DNA from: Octopus vulgaris
Taxonomy: Eukaryota
Reading direction: 5' to 3'
Assembly (NCBI GenBank): GCA_951406725.2
Contig: OX597821.1
Location: 92,318,001 to 92,382,000 of the forward strand
DNA length: 64,000 nucleotides
Under the pieces are notes generated by a model. The model saw only the letters and a list, made by a program, of their open reading frames with translations, did not search any database and was not told where the DNA came from. This document shows positions 1 through 13,126 of this stretch, in pieces (the stretch's first letter is position 1; every line of letters begins with the position of its first letter). The position numbers and the translations under genes were made by a program.

Positions 1-349
1 AATAGTAGTCAATTCTCAAATAAATCAAACATTCCCATCTGAAAAAAAACTGGGAGGGTATATGACATAATGTAGTTCTAGTGTGGCATTTAGGGTTTTT
101 CCCACAAAATCACAAGATTCTGTGTTCAATTCCATGATCAGTTAGTGCATTGTCTCCTCAAGCAACACATTTTCTATCACGTTGCATTGCAATCACTCCA
201 GCACTTTATCTGTACAGGTGTGTGGAACATCACACCTTTACAGACAATGTTGGTTTGGTAGTGGAAATGAGCTAATGTACAACACAAACATTTGATCACT
301 ATAAGCAAATTGCATATGCAGGCTGGTTGCAAAACCTTAATCTATTATC

Positions 350-690
350 CTCTTTTCTATTCTAGGCACAACGCTCAAAATTTTGGGGGAGGGGACCAGT
401 TGATTAGGTCGACCTCGGCAGAATTTGAACTCAGAACATAAAGACAAACAAAATACCTATTTCTTTACTACCCACAAGGGGCTAAACACAGAGAGGACAA
501 ACAAGGACAGACAAATGGATTAAGTCGATTACATCGACCCCAGTGCATAACAGGTACTTAATTTATCAACCCCAAAAGTATGAAAGGCGAAGTCGACCTT
601 GGCGGAATTTAAGCTCAGAACGTAACGGCAGATGAAATATGGCTACGCATTTCACCTGGCGTGCTAACGTTTCTGCCAGTTCACCACCTT
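350..690 (-). mobile_element. Family B SINE, dimeric form
   Basis: Two core copies joined at aaatacctatttcttt. Flanked by aaaaccttMatctatt. Confidence 0.82.
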
Positions 691-1908
691 AAAACCTTCA
701 TCTATTTTCTATGACAGGTGAGTTAACGAGCCTATAAGATACATTATATATTTTAATACAATGAATTGAAAGGTCTTGCTAGAATGTTCATATTCATATG
801 CCTATTCAACCAGCATCTAAATAACTCCAAAAACAATCACAGAATCAACTCTCATACACCTGGACAATAAAGGATATTTAATATTTGTGCTTTTTCTTTT
901 TATAAAACTTTTCTCATCTATATATAAATGTTATTGCGTTAGCATAAATTAAAACTGATTATCACTTCCCAACTGTACATAAAATTGCAAATTTTCCTTT
1001 TATCCTTAATTATTCATTTTCTAATCCCTGGCTCCAATTTTCTCTCTTCCTCTCCCCACTCTCTCTCCTTTTCTCTCTCTCCCACCCCTTTTTCTGTTCT
1101 TTGTATTATTTCAAAGATTATTCCTATCTAAATTGGCAGTATACTGAAGTATAAATTCTTCAATAGTTGCAAGATAAGAATCTAAATGACTTCTTTCATT
1201 TCCTACACATTTTCATTATACTTTAAAACTCTCTCTCTCACTCTTTCTCTCTCTCTCTTTCTCTCTCTCTCTTTCTCTCCCTCTTCTCTTCTCTTTTCTA
1301 CTACCACATTTTGTTGCTATATTATGGGAAAATGTATTACTATAGATCTAAGGCAGCAGTTTTCAACCTTTTACCATTGTGATTCATTTCAGCAAATCAA
1401 TAACTCACCGTGACAATTTTCCAAAAATTTAATAAAATTAACTTTCCATACTTTTCTTGGGGAAATATTCAATTTTTGGTTGCAGTAAATGTTGTGATGC
1501 AAACTTACAAATATGTTATATAAGGAGCCATAACACATTCTTGAACATTTTATATTTTACCAAATATTTCTAAAGTAAAACATTTAATTTTTTTTCTATC
1601 TTTTATTATATTTTTTACCCCTTTAGTGTTAGACTGTAACCCATAGGTTTTGAACTAAAGAGTTAAGGTGAAGGCTGCAATATCCTGATGCAATATTTCT
1701 AATAACTTTTTTAAAACATATTTTTGCTTTTGGTTTAATCAATAAGGTTATAAATAGTTTCCCTTAGATATTGTATAATTGTGATTTCCAAGAAGTGCAT
1801 ACATCATCAATATTGATCTCAAATTCTGATACAAGGCCAGCAATTTCAGGGAGAGAAAAAGTCAATTATACCATCCCTGGTGTTCAACTGGCACTTATTT
1901 TATCATAT

Positions 1909-2295
1909 AGATAGGAGCACTCCACCGGTTGCGACGATGAGGGTCCCAGCTGATACAATCAACGGAACAGCTTGCTCGTGATATTAACGTGCAAGTGGCT
2001 GAGCACTCCACAGACACGTGTACCCTTAACGTAGATTTCTCGAGGAGATTCAGCGTGACACACAGAATGTGACAAGGCTGGCCCTTTGAAATACAGGTAC
2101 AAGAGAAACAGGAAGAAAGAGCGAGAGAAAGTTGTGGTGAAAGAGTACAGCAGGGTCCTCCACCAACCCCTGCTGGAGCTCGTGGAGCTTTAGGTGTTTT
2201 TGCTCAATAAACACTCACAATGTCCGGTCTGGGAATCGAAACCGTGATCCTCCGACCGCGAGTCCGCTGCCCTAACCACTGGGCCATTGCGACTC
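1909..2295 (-). mobile_element. tRNA-derived SINE (head D, tail X) nested in a family B SINE with a 17-bp TSD
   Basis: A box tggcccagtgg, B box gtttcgattcc. TSD cacttattttatcatat at 1892 and 2296. Confidence 0.88.
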
Positions 2296-3438
2296 CACTT
2301 ATTTTATCATATCCTGAAGGGATGAACTGCAAAGTCGACCACAGCAGAATTTGAACTCAGAACGTAAAGACAGGTGAAATTTTGTTAAGCATTTTGCTCA
2401 GTATGCTAACAATGCTGCTAGCTCACTGCCTTTGCATGTATCATCAATATTGGTTTAAAATTTTGGTTCAAGGGAAGGGGCAAGTTGATTATATCAATCC
2501 CAGCGATCAACTGGTACCTATTTTATCAACCACTGAAAGGACGAAGGGCAAATTTGGCCTTGACAGAACCTGAACTCAAAGCATAAAGAGAGACGAAATG
2601 CTACTAAGCCTTTGGTGTGCAAACAATTCTGCCAGTTCACTACCTAAGCATGTATAATTAATATTGCCAGCCTTGGCTGCTGTTGTGTCATGGGATATTT
2701 TAACTTGGTTGCATGGTTAAGAACTTCAATTTGTAACAATGTATTCTGGGTTTGATACCTTTGTGTAGTGTTTTGGACAAGAGTCTTCTAACACAGTCTA
2801 GAGTAGATCAATATCTTGTAATGGGAATTTCCTTAATGGAAACTATGTGGAAACCCATGTATGTATGCATGCATGGATATATGTATGTATGCAAATATGT
2901 ATGTATGTATGTATGTGATTACATCATCGTTTAACGTCTGCTTTCATATACACACATACATATATATATATATACGACAAGCTTCTTTCAGTTTCCATCT
3001 ACCAAATCCACTCACAAGGCTTTGGTCGAGCCGAGGCTATAGTAAAAGACACTTGCCCAAGGTGCTATGCAGTGGGACTGAACCCGGAATCATGTGGTTG
3101 GTAAGCAAGCTATTTACCACACAGCCACTCCAACGTCTGTTTAAGTTTCAACAACATGGTTCCGGGTTCAGTTCCACTGTGTGATATCTTGGGCAACTGT
3201 CTTCTACTATAGCCTGGAGCTGACCAAAGCCTTGTGATTGGATTTGCTAGATGGTAACTGAAAGAAGCCTGTCGTATATACATATATGTGTGCGTGTATG
3301 TGTGTGTGTGTGTGTGTGCGTGTGCATGTGTGTGTATATGTGTATCTGTGTTACTCCCCTCACCATCGCTTGACAACCAATGTTGATGTCTTTACATCCC
3401 TGTAGATTAGCAGTTTGGCAAAAGAGACCGATAGAATA

Positions 3439-3910
3439 ATAATAATAAAATAATGAAATTATTGTATACAGTGCTCAGGTGCACCACAACTTGTCAGAAA
3501 GTGCATATAAAGTACATGCAGTAATGTAAAAATGTCTGGAAAGCGAACAATGTATGAGTCAGATACATGCTTGTATGTGTATGGAGGGGAGAAAATCAGG
3601 TGTAGTGTTGGCGAATCTCAGAAAGCATGGTAGTTTTGAAGGATGCAGTGCCCCGACAACTAACAACTGATGCCGGCAGTTTGTTCCATGCTTCAGCAAC
3701 TCTCAGCGTGAAAAAATGTTTCCTGAAGTCATGGGAGCTGTGCTGTTTTCTGACTTTGTAAATATGTCCATGGGTGTTAGACGGGTGGAGTTTGAAAAGG
3801 TGCTCAGAGTTATTGTTAGTAAGATGGTTAATAATTTTATGGGTGTCTGCCAAGTCAGCTGCCAGACGTCGGAGTTTCAATGTGTCCATACCCAGGGAAG
3901 TAAGGCATTC
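3439..3910 (-). mobile_element. CR1/L2-clade LINE 3' fragment inserted into a family A SINE
   Basis: ORF 3596-3889 LKLRRLAADL...RKHFFTLRVAEAWNKLPASVV matches the CR1-type ORF2 C-terminus. (ATT)n tail. The host SINE resumes at 3911 and agaata is duplicated. Confidence 0.85.
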
Positions 3911-4349
3911 AGAATATAGTACTAGGCTTACAAAGAATAAGTCCTGGGGTCAATTTGTTCGACTAGAGGCAGTGCTACAGCATGGCCACAGTCAAATGAC
4001 TGAAACAAGTAAAAGAATAAAAGAATAAAAGAATATGTGAAAGTAGTTGAGAACATGGTTGCTAGTAGATTCTTTGCTTTCATGAACATATTTCAATTCT
4101 CTACCCTGTAAAGTACCGCCACCCCTCTATTCACTCCGTCTTTACCAATTTCCATCGTCTAGCAAAAAATATATCAACGTTAATATAATGATCAAAACTA
4201 AAGCATAATATTGAAATTTACTTTTATGCCGCTGTTCTTTTTTCGAATTTTTAGCTCGAGTTTAAAAAATAATTTGAATCTACAACGCAAATGGTAATGG
4301 TAATACAAGTGATGGTAATACTATTAATAATAACTTTTTTTTAAATATC

Positions 4350-4354
4350 AACAA

Positions 4355-4390
<36 letters not shown>

Positions 4391-4510
4391 TGGTGGTGGT
4401 GGTGGTGGTGGTGGTGGTGGTGGTTGTGTTGGTGGTGGTGGTGGTGGTGGTAATAGTAGTTGTTGTAGTAGTAGTAGTAGTATAAGTGGTGGTGGTGGTG
4501 GTGGTGGTAA

Positions 4511-4551
<41 letters not shown>

Positions 4552-4555
4552 TCAT

Positions 4556-4593
<38 letters not shown>

Positions 4594-4641
4594 ATAATAA
4601 TGTTAGTAATGATGATGAAGATGATGAGGATGATGATGGAG

Positions 4642-4731
<90 letters not shown>

Positions 4732-4800
4732 GTAATAATAATAACAATGATAATATTGGCGAGAGTAACAATAACAAGAATAATAAAAAAACAATAAATT
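4350..4800. repeat. Compound trinucleotide microsatellite (CAG/TAG/GGT/GAT/AAT)
   Basis: Read directly from the sequence. Confidence 0.97.
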
Positions 4801-5719
4801 TGGTGACGATGATAATATGATAGTGAGGATAATGGCAGTAATAATGTTAATATGATGAAGAACACGAAGAAAGAAGCAGGAAAATAATAAAGTAAAAAAG
4901 AAACAGAAATGATGAAGAAAATGAGAGAAAAAAAAACTAAGCTTAAAAATAAACAAATAAATAAAAGGATTAAATAAAATATGAAGCAAACAATTAATAA
5001 AAAGAACTCAAACAAAAATCTGTTTTTCAATTGCAAACTTTCTCCTTTTTATGATATTATTCTCTAATTTCGTAGACAAAAGATGGTTTAAAGACGGTGG
5101 GGGGAAAAAATGGGGGGGAAAAATGTTGCCAGAAAAAAAATATAACAAAAAATGAAAAAAAAAACAAACAAAAAAAACATAGAGTGATAAAAGAAGTTCT
5201 TTTTAAGTTTACCGCAAAGGAACATCTGTGGAAAAATAAAACAAAAACACAACACTGGTGTTGATCAATATATGAAGCGACATAACAACAACAGCAACAA
5301 AGATAACAACAACGGTGATGATGATTAATATAAGCAGAGACATAACAATAATAACAACAAACAGTACAGCCACAATAACAATCACAGTAACAGACCTAGG
5401 AGGCAAAAAAAAAAAAAACAGAAAGGAAAAAACCCAAAACACCAAAAAAAAACCTCCATGTTATCGTCTTTAATCTGTTCTTCTTTTGCAATGTGTAAAC
5501 ATGTCTCATAATGTGATGTTAGTCATTAAAATTATTTTGGCTGTCTTTTTGTTGATAGTATTATCATGGTTTTTGTTGTTATGGCTGTGAGTGGAAGAAT
5601 AAGTTGAAAGCATCCGACGAAATGTCTTGCAGCGTTTTATTGAATGTCTTTATATTCTGATTTCAAATCCTGCCGAAGCTCAATATGTCTTTCATTCTCT
5701 TGGGTCAATAAAAAATATA

Positions 5720-6535
5720 ATTGTGTGGTAAGTAGCTTGCTTACCAACCACATGGTTCCGGGTTCAGTCTCACTGCGTGGCATCTTGGACAAGTGTCTTC
5801 TGCTATAGCCCCGGGCCGACCAATGCCTTGTGAGTGGATTTGGTAGACGGAAACTGAAAGAAGCCTGTCGTATATGTGTATGTGTGTGTGTTTGTGTGTC
5901 TGTGTTTGTCCCCCTAGCATTGCTTGACAACTGATGCTGGTGTGTTTACGTCCCCGTAACATAGCGGTTCGGCAAAAGAGACCGATAGAATAAGTACTGG
6001 GCTTACAAAGAATAAGTCCCAGGGTCGATTTGCTCGACTAAAGGCAGTGCTCCAGCATGGCCACAGTCAAGTGACTGAAACAAGTAGAAGAGTAAAAGAG
6101 TAAAAGAGTCAAATACCGGGCATAATTTGATAACTCTATGAATGATAGGTTGAGTGGCTGAGTGGTAAGAAGCTTGCTTACCAACCACATGGTTCCCTGT
6201 TCAATCCCACTGCATGAGACCTTGGGTAAGTGTCTTCTACTATAGCCTCAGGCCAACCAAAATCTTGTGAGCGGATGTGAGAGACAGAAACTGAAAGAAG
6301 CCCGTCGTATGTGTGTGTGTGTGTGTGTGTATCTATGTGTGTTTGTCTTTGTGTTTGTGTTTGTCCTTCCCCCCACCATCACTATAACTTAGCGGTTCAG
6401 CAAAATAGACTGATAGAATAAGTACTAGGCTTAAAAGTCCTGGAGTTGATTGATTTGTTTGACTAAAAACCCTTCAGTGTGGTGCTCCAGCATGGCCACA
6501 GTCAAATGACTGAAACGATTTAAAGAATACAAGAA
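5720..6535 (+). mobile_element. Two adjacent family A SINE copies
   Basis: Same consensus as 30432-30850. Confidence 0.88.
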
Positions 6536-7105
6536 TATCAGGTCTCAGGAACCCAAGACTAAAATATTGGTGTCAAATTTTGACACAAGGCCAGCAATTT
6601 TTGGGAAAGTGAGTAAGTCAATTACATTAACCCCAGTGCTTAACTGGTATGTGTTTATCGACCCCCCCCCTAGAGAATGATAGGCAAAGTCGGCCTTGGT
6701 GGCATTCAATCTTCCTCTACTCGTTGGAGAATTGGAACAATGTGAGCAATTTTGACTTGACACTCTTGTAGGGCAAAGCAGATGATTCTTAGAGAGAGGG
6801 GGAGGGGAGAGGGAGAGAGAGACTGACAGACAGATGGACAGAGATAGTTTTAAGGACAGAGACACAAAATCAGAGACAGACAGAAAAAAAAAATGTATGT
6901 CAGTAAATGTTGTCTTGTTTGGTTGATGAATATTTATAAAATGTACTGGAAACAGAGCCAAGAGGAAAGCAAGGAAGAGAGAGTGTGAAGAGAGGCAAGA
7001 GAGAAGCACTAGTGTAGAATGGCTTAAGAATTTGATTGTGATAAAAGAGTAATGTGAAAAATGGGTATTTAGCTAAAGCAGATTGACTAAATTAGAGAAA
7101 AAGAA

Positions 7106-7335
7106 AGGCTGCAAACTGGCAGAAACTTTAACGCGCCGGGCGAAATGTGTAGCCGTATTTCGTCTGCCGTTACGTTCTGAGTTCAAATTCCGCCGAGGTC
7201 GACTTTGCCTTTCATCCTTTCGGGGTTGATAAATTAAGTACCAGTTACGTACTGGGGTCAATGTAATCGACTTAATCTGTTTGTCTGTCCTTGTTTGTTC
7301 CCTCTGTGTTTAGCCCCTTGTGGGCAATAATGAGA
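7106..7335 (+). mobile_element. Family B SINE with TSD
   Basis: taaattagagaRaaagaa on both sides. Confidence 0.88.
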
Positions 7336-7389
7336 TAAATTAGAGAGAAAGAAGGGGGAATCGTCCCCAGCACTTGACTGTTGTAAAGG

Positions 7390-7655
7390 CACTTGGCCTA
7401 GTGGTTAAGCTGTTGCATTCACAATCACTAGATCATGGGTTCAATTCTCTGATTGGGTGGCACATTGAGTTCTTGAGCAAAACATTCCATTTCATGTTGC
7501 TCCAGTTATCCTTTCAATCAGTGAGGAATTTTGGCCTGCTCGCCCAGCCATCATGGTGGCATCATTTGAAGGCTAAAACAATGCAAAAAAGTGCATTGTG
7601 ACCAGCAATGTGTAACAACATTTGATAGCCTGGTCAGTTATGTGATTGTGTGACT
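7390..7655 (+). mobile_element. SINE with head C and a different tail
   Basis: tggcctagtggtt...ggttcaattc...ttcttgagcaaaaca core. Confidence 0.7.
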
Positions 7656-8285
7656 TCGTTAGTCCTTTACCATTTCTAAAACATTAAGCTCTATTCCTAT
7701 GTTAGGTATCATCATTATTGTTGTTGTTGTTGGATGGTAGAACCAGAAGAAAGATAAGCAAAATATTTTGCAATATTTAATTAAAAGTCAATATGTTCAG
7801 AGTCTAAATCTTGCCAGGACCAAGGTCATTTGTGATTTTTCTGGGATTACTAAAGTATGTTCTCAAATTTTGGAATCCAACTTGCCAGCTCTTTGCAACA
7901 CTACTGGTTTGTTAATCAGTTTTTCTATATTAGTAGAGGCTAAATTTATCTATGTATGTGATTGCTAGTAGATATTTGCTAATGATGAAGCTAAAGGAAG
8001 CAGAAATCTGGATTAGCAATTCCACGACCACTGCTGAATACTTTTCATTTGCTGCTGATATGCTTCTATGCTTTTTATTACTATATGGATATAAAAGATT
8101 CTGTCTTGAGATAAATAGCACAGGGCTGTGGCTTTCGACAATGTATCCACATGAAATTAGATATACAGAATGCTATTTTGAATATAACTGCAGTTAATAA
8201 CAAATACCAATTTTTTTTTATTTTGCTTAGTTATTCATAGCAAAGTCTTTAATCCATCTTTCATCTGTATTCACCTATCCCTCAG

Positions 8286-8375
8286 GGATTTTTGCCCTTA
8301 CTGTCAGATAAAGAGATATGGTTCTTTGTACCTCACAACAGCTGAGCTTGTGAAACTCTTCTATGAACAGCGCAG
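8286..8375 (+). CDS. Candidate 90-nt internal coding exon (DFCPYCQIKRYGSLYLTTAELVKLFYEQR)
   Basis: Pyrimidine tract ending cctatccctcAG| and CAG|GTAACT donor. Length is a multiple of 3 and one frame is open with a CxxC. No homology recognised. Confidence 0.4.
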
Positions 8376-8425
8376 GTAACTTAATTAGACAGAAATATTT
8401 GTGCATACCTACATTTGCGTGTCAC

Positions 8426-8461
<36 letters not shown>

Positions 8462-9110
8462 TTTGCATACATTTAGAAACTATTGACAGGTGTGTGTAAT
8501 TGTTCAAATTCACTTCTTTCATTATCAAATAATATCCGTGTCTTTTGTGTTTTCTTTATAAGTCTGCATATTAAACTTTTGACTCTAGGAATTCAGATCA
8601 ATAATGTTATAATATCTAGCCAGGTATCACAGGATGCCTGGTCTGAAATCATAGGGCCTTTGGCCTTTTCACAGGAAGCAAGCATAGTGTTGCATCTACA
8701 TTGATTAAACCAAATCTTTGTGGACTTCTTTCAACATAAAGTTTTTCGTTTTTACTTTGATTACTGAAGTCAGCAACACCTTATGCAATGCTTTTGATAA
8801 TTAATACAGATTCATGCAAAAGAGAAACACATTTCCACCATAATGTTACCCCATCCCAGTGAAGTGGACATACTTAGTCAATGAATAACCTTGAATTGTG
8901 GATTCAAATTTAGCATTATGACTAACTTATTTAGTTACCAAGCTACACATACTCTTTTACTCTTTTAATTGTTTCAGTCATTTGACTGCGGCCATGCTGG
9001 AGCACCATCTTTAGTCGAGCAAATCGACCTGTGGACTTATTCTTTGTAAGCCTAGTACTTATGTAGGAGAGTATCAAAAAAATATTTTGATACTCTCCCA
9101 CATAGGATGA

Positions 9111-9581
9111 AAAAAATTCTCTGTATCTAGAGAAATTACTTGGTTCATCTTGATTACTTCCCTTCCATTACTTTTCAATATATCTTATTAACTCCTGATA
9201 TATTTACTAAATTGATAAAGTTTTTCTTCATAGTTAGTAAATATTATGTCTAACATATTCATTTAATTTGACACATTGATAAAACAAATCACCATTTACT
9301 AACTAATTATGATTCTATATTAATAGAAATGGATATATATATATTTATATAAATATGAAATAATGGAAAAATTCTATATATCTAGAAAAATTACTTGGTT
9401 CATCTTGATTACATCCCTTCCATTACTTTTTAATATATCTTATTGACTCCTGATATATGTGCTAAATTAATAAAGTTTTTCCACAGCTAATAAATATTAT
9501 GTCTAATATTTTCTTTTAATTCAACTCATTAATAAAATAAATCACCATTTACTAGCTAAATAGGATTATATATTAATAGAA

Positions 9582-9628
<47 letters not shown>

Positions 9629-9635
9629 TGAAATG
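9111..9635. repeat. Diverged tandem duplication, two ~255-bp AT-rich units
   Basis: aaaattct..tatctaga.aaattacttggttcatcttgattac begins at about 9113 and 9367. Confidence 0.9.
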
Positions 9636-9948
9636 ATTTCTATATTTTCTATCCCTATATAAGATACTAATATTTATTAAAATCTTTTAGAATATTATCT
9701 AAAGGATATGTTCTTAAATTTCTTAATATAGAATCTGGATGTTAAATGGTAAGGGGCATTGAAACCTCTAGATCACTAGTAGTCTATGTTCCCCCTACCC
9801 CTCTAACTTCAACCTATTAGCTTTTTGCTATAATACATTCAAATATATCTAACCTGAATTCCTCAAAATGTGAATGGGTTAATGGTTTGGACATTTGTAC
9901 TACCCCTTCCTATATCTATAAATAGAAAAAATTCTTTGTGTCCATCCA

Positions 9949-10054
9949 ACCAAAAATAAAATCTCCCCCCCCCCTGACAGATCTAAATAACAAAGTGAAC
10001 CAAAAATAAAATCTCCCCCCCCCCCCCCTGACAGATCTAAATAACAAAGTGAAC
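9949..10054. repeat. ~50-bp tandem duplication with different poly-C lengths
   Basis: accaaaaataaaatct(C)ntgacagatctaaataacaaagtga occurs twice. Confidence 0.92.
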
Positions 10055-10428
10055 TCAATGATAAATTCTACAGTCAGAGAGTGAATATACTACTATCATG
10101 TTCTTAAGAATGAAATCAACCTCTCTGTCTATATATCTACCCTCTTTATAATGTTGGCAAATGAAATATGGATAAGAATGTGCATTGTCTGTTTGATTGG
10201 AAAATTCTATAAGTGGCTGAAGATTGCTCAACGTCTTAAAACTGATGTAATACTTACAGTGTTTAATAAAATGAAGTAGCATGAAGCAATTGTACTACTC
10301 TACCTTGGATATACTTGTTGCTTATTTTGATTATAATCACCCCATTTAATTTATATGGATAATGCCATACAAAATTCTGGTGCCTTTGACTTAAGTACCA
10401 TGTTCATCTTAATCTAAATTTTGCTGAA

Positions 10429-10467
<39 letters not shown>

Positions 10468-10962
10468 GGGACAAAAACGCAATAGAGGACAATAAAGCCA
10501 GGAGAAACAACAATTAGATGGACAGGCAAAAGAAGATGAGTCATTCATGGCCTTCTTTCCTCAGTCAAGTTGTCAGAAGTCTATACTGTTTTGGGCAGTT
10601 ACACTTGAGACAGTTTGATCTGGTTGTCTGCCAAAAAAGAAATCGAAGAACATGGTTCACAATTACAAATACAAACAACAAGCAATAACAACAGGTGTCT
10701 TTTGACTGAGAACGAATCAAATTGAGCTGGTGGTCACGTGGAAGGAGGAGAGAGGGGTAGGGGGCAGCGGGGTAGGCTTCTTTTAGTTTCCATCAACCAA
10801 ATCCACTTATAGGGCTTTGGTTGGTCAAAGACTATAGCAGCTGGCAGTTGCCCAAGTTGCCACACAGACGGCGTGAACCTGGAAACATGTGGTTAGGAAG
10901 CAAGCTTCTTATCACACAGCCACACTTGCACCCATATGTATATATCTATATATGATATCTAG

Positions 10963-11010
<48 letters not shown>

Positions 11011-11684
11011 AATAATCAGAAAATGGAGAAAACCTCAGATTAACAAACACATCGATTGGAACACTTATATTTCAATACAAAGTATGACATAACAAATTGG
11101 TGATGTATCAAATCTTACAGCCATTTCTGCATCCGTTACCAAACACTCTCTATAGATAATTGTGAAAATAAAATTCCTCATCTTCATAGGACATTCGAAT
11201 TAAGGTGCAGTGATTCATCAGAGTAAGAAACAAGAGCATCCAATATAAACAAAGGGAAGAAGGAAAAGGACAGAAAAGATGGCCTAGAAAAGAAGTCTAG
11301 AAGCCCAATATATGGAAAGCATATAATCGATCATCTTGGGGCTATAAAATCTGTAAGTAAAAGAGTGAGTCAGTAATGGTTTAGGAAGTACTAAAATTTA
11401 TTTGTGTGTAGGTTCAATTTAAGGGGCTGGGGGCAAGATGTAAAATTTATGAAAAGAATCTATCAAAAAAAATAATGCATGGTAACTTACTAACATGATT
11501 ATCAAAGGGCAGTACCTATGCTAATGAAGTAAACTCAAATTAAAATGTATCCAAAACATTACGGTAGGGTACTTAAGGAAGTGTATTCACAGAAATATTA
11601 CTGAGAATCCCCCCTATGGTTCACAAAGGGGCCAGTCTAAGTCCAGTGGTCTCTACAATTGGTCAGTTATAATTTGAACTGAGG

Positions 11685-12030
11685 TCTTGCCAGCCTCGCC
11701 AGGCCTCCGTGCTGGTGGCACGTAAAAGGCACCATCCAATCGTGGCCGTTTGCCAGCCTCGACTGGCCTCCGTGCCAGTGGCACGTAAAAAGCACCATCC
11801 GATCGTGGCCATTTGCCAGCCTCGTCTGGCACCTGTGCCGGTGGCACGTAAAAAGCACCCACTACACTCATGGAGTGGTTGGCATTAGGAAGGGCATCCA
11901 GCCATAGAAACATTGCCAGATCAGACTGGGCCTGGTGCAGCCTTCTGGCTTCCCAGACCCCAGTTGCACCGTCCAACCCATGCCAGCATGGAAAGCGGAC
12001 GCTAAACGATGATGATGATGATAATGATGT
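11685..12030 (+). mobile_element. RTE 3'-UTR fragment (three 63-bp modules, GAT tail)
   Basis: Same terminal sequence as the RTE at 56795-57727. CACGTAAAA at 11719, 11782 and 11845. Confidence 0.8.
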
Positions 12031-12781
12031 CACAAGTTAAAACCGTTACAATGGATATGTCAATAAAAATAAATAAGAAAAAAATAAAAGGTCCGGGGGG
12101 GGGGAGAAGACAATGATATAAGTGGCGCAGAGCCACTTATGTCCTTCAGCAGTTTAACATTATTGCATGCATGATAGAATGGTTATAGTAGTCTCAGGCT
12201 ATAGTTAATGGGAGGCAACTAGTACAGGTAACTCAGTGACTCTTTAAGGCTGCTAGGAAATGAATCTGGATTTAACTGCATATATAACAAATTGTGGTAG
12301 TAATTAGATATATATATATATATATATACAGGTACGCAAGAAAAATCCATCTTATATGTACACTACAATGTACAATTAAAAAGCCACTTACAATTAGGTG
12401 GTTAATATTTAAGACAAAATCACATGTTAATCATTATTAATTAATAAAACTCACAAGTTGCCACAGAATACTAAATATATTTAATAAGCAATACATAATC
12501 ATTAAAGTTAGAGAGTTCCTATCATTATATACAAAATTTAGAAGAATATATTGGCATCCCATCTAACAACAGTTTCTGCTTCCACACACACACACATATA
12601 TATATACACACACATATACATATATATATAGGGAGAGTTTATGAAAAAAACAAAAGATGAAGACAGGTGGTGTACAAAACAAACAGATGTATTAGTATAA
12701 TGCTCAGAATTAGAAAAAGTCTTTTACACTTCGAGACTATGCTCTTCTACAGAAAGGGACACAGAAAAAACAAGGAGATAA

Positions 12782-13126
12782 AAATATTCATCAGCAACAA
12801 TTGACTTACATCAATTATTATTTTTTAATTCAATACAAATAGACTGCATCCCATCTAACAGCTGTTTCTGCTTCCAGTGTTATATGGTATTGCCAATGAT
12901 ATGCTAAAAATAATATTCATTATATTTGGTAATAAAACCAATCTGGAACATGGAACTTTATCAGAGTGAAGAAAAATACATACATAAAACGAAGAGCCTA
13001 GAGAGGAAAGGGAAAGGCTGAATGTGTTTAAATCACACCATTTTGTTTATGCATACACCAAAATAGGTTTATTTGTATTGAATTAAAAAATATTTGATGC
13101 AAGTCAATTGTTGTCGATCAATATTT
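12782..13126. mobile_element. Penelope-like remnant: ~60-bp imperfect inverted ends enclosing a decayed hammerhead motif
   Basis: 12782-12841 and 13070-13126 are inverted copies. Minus strand reads CUGAUAA...UUCCAG...CUGGAA..GAAACAGCUGUU^AGA at 12853-12967. Confidence 0.5.

Noticed and set aside
4280-5036. Long ORFs with poly-L/I/T/Y/V
   Set aside because: Translations of a compound trinucleotide microsatellite, open in several frames on both strands.
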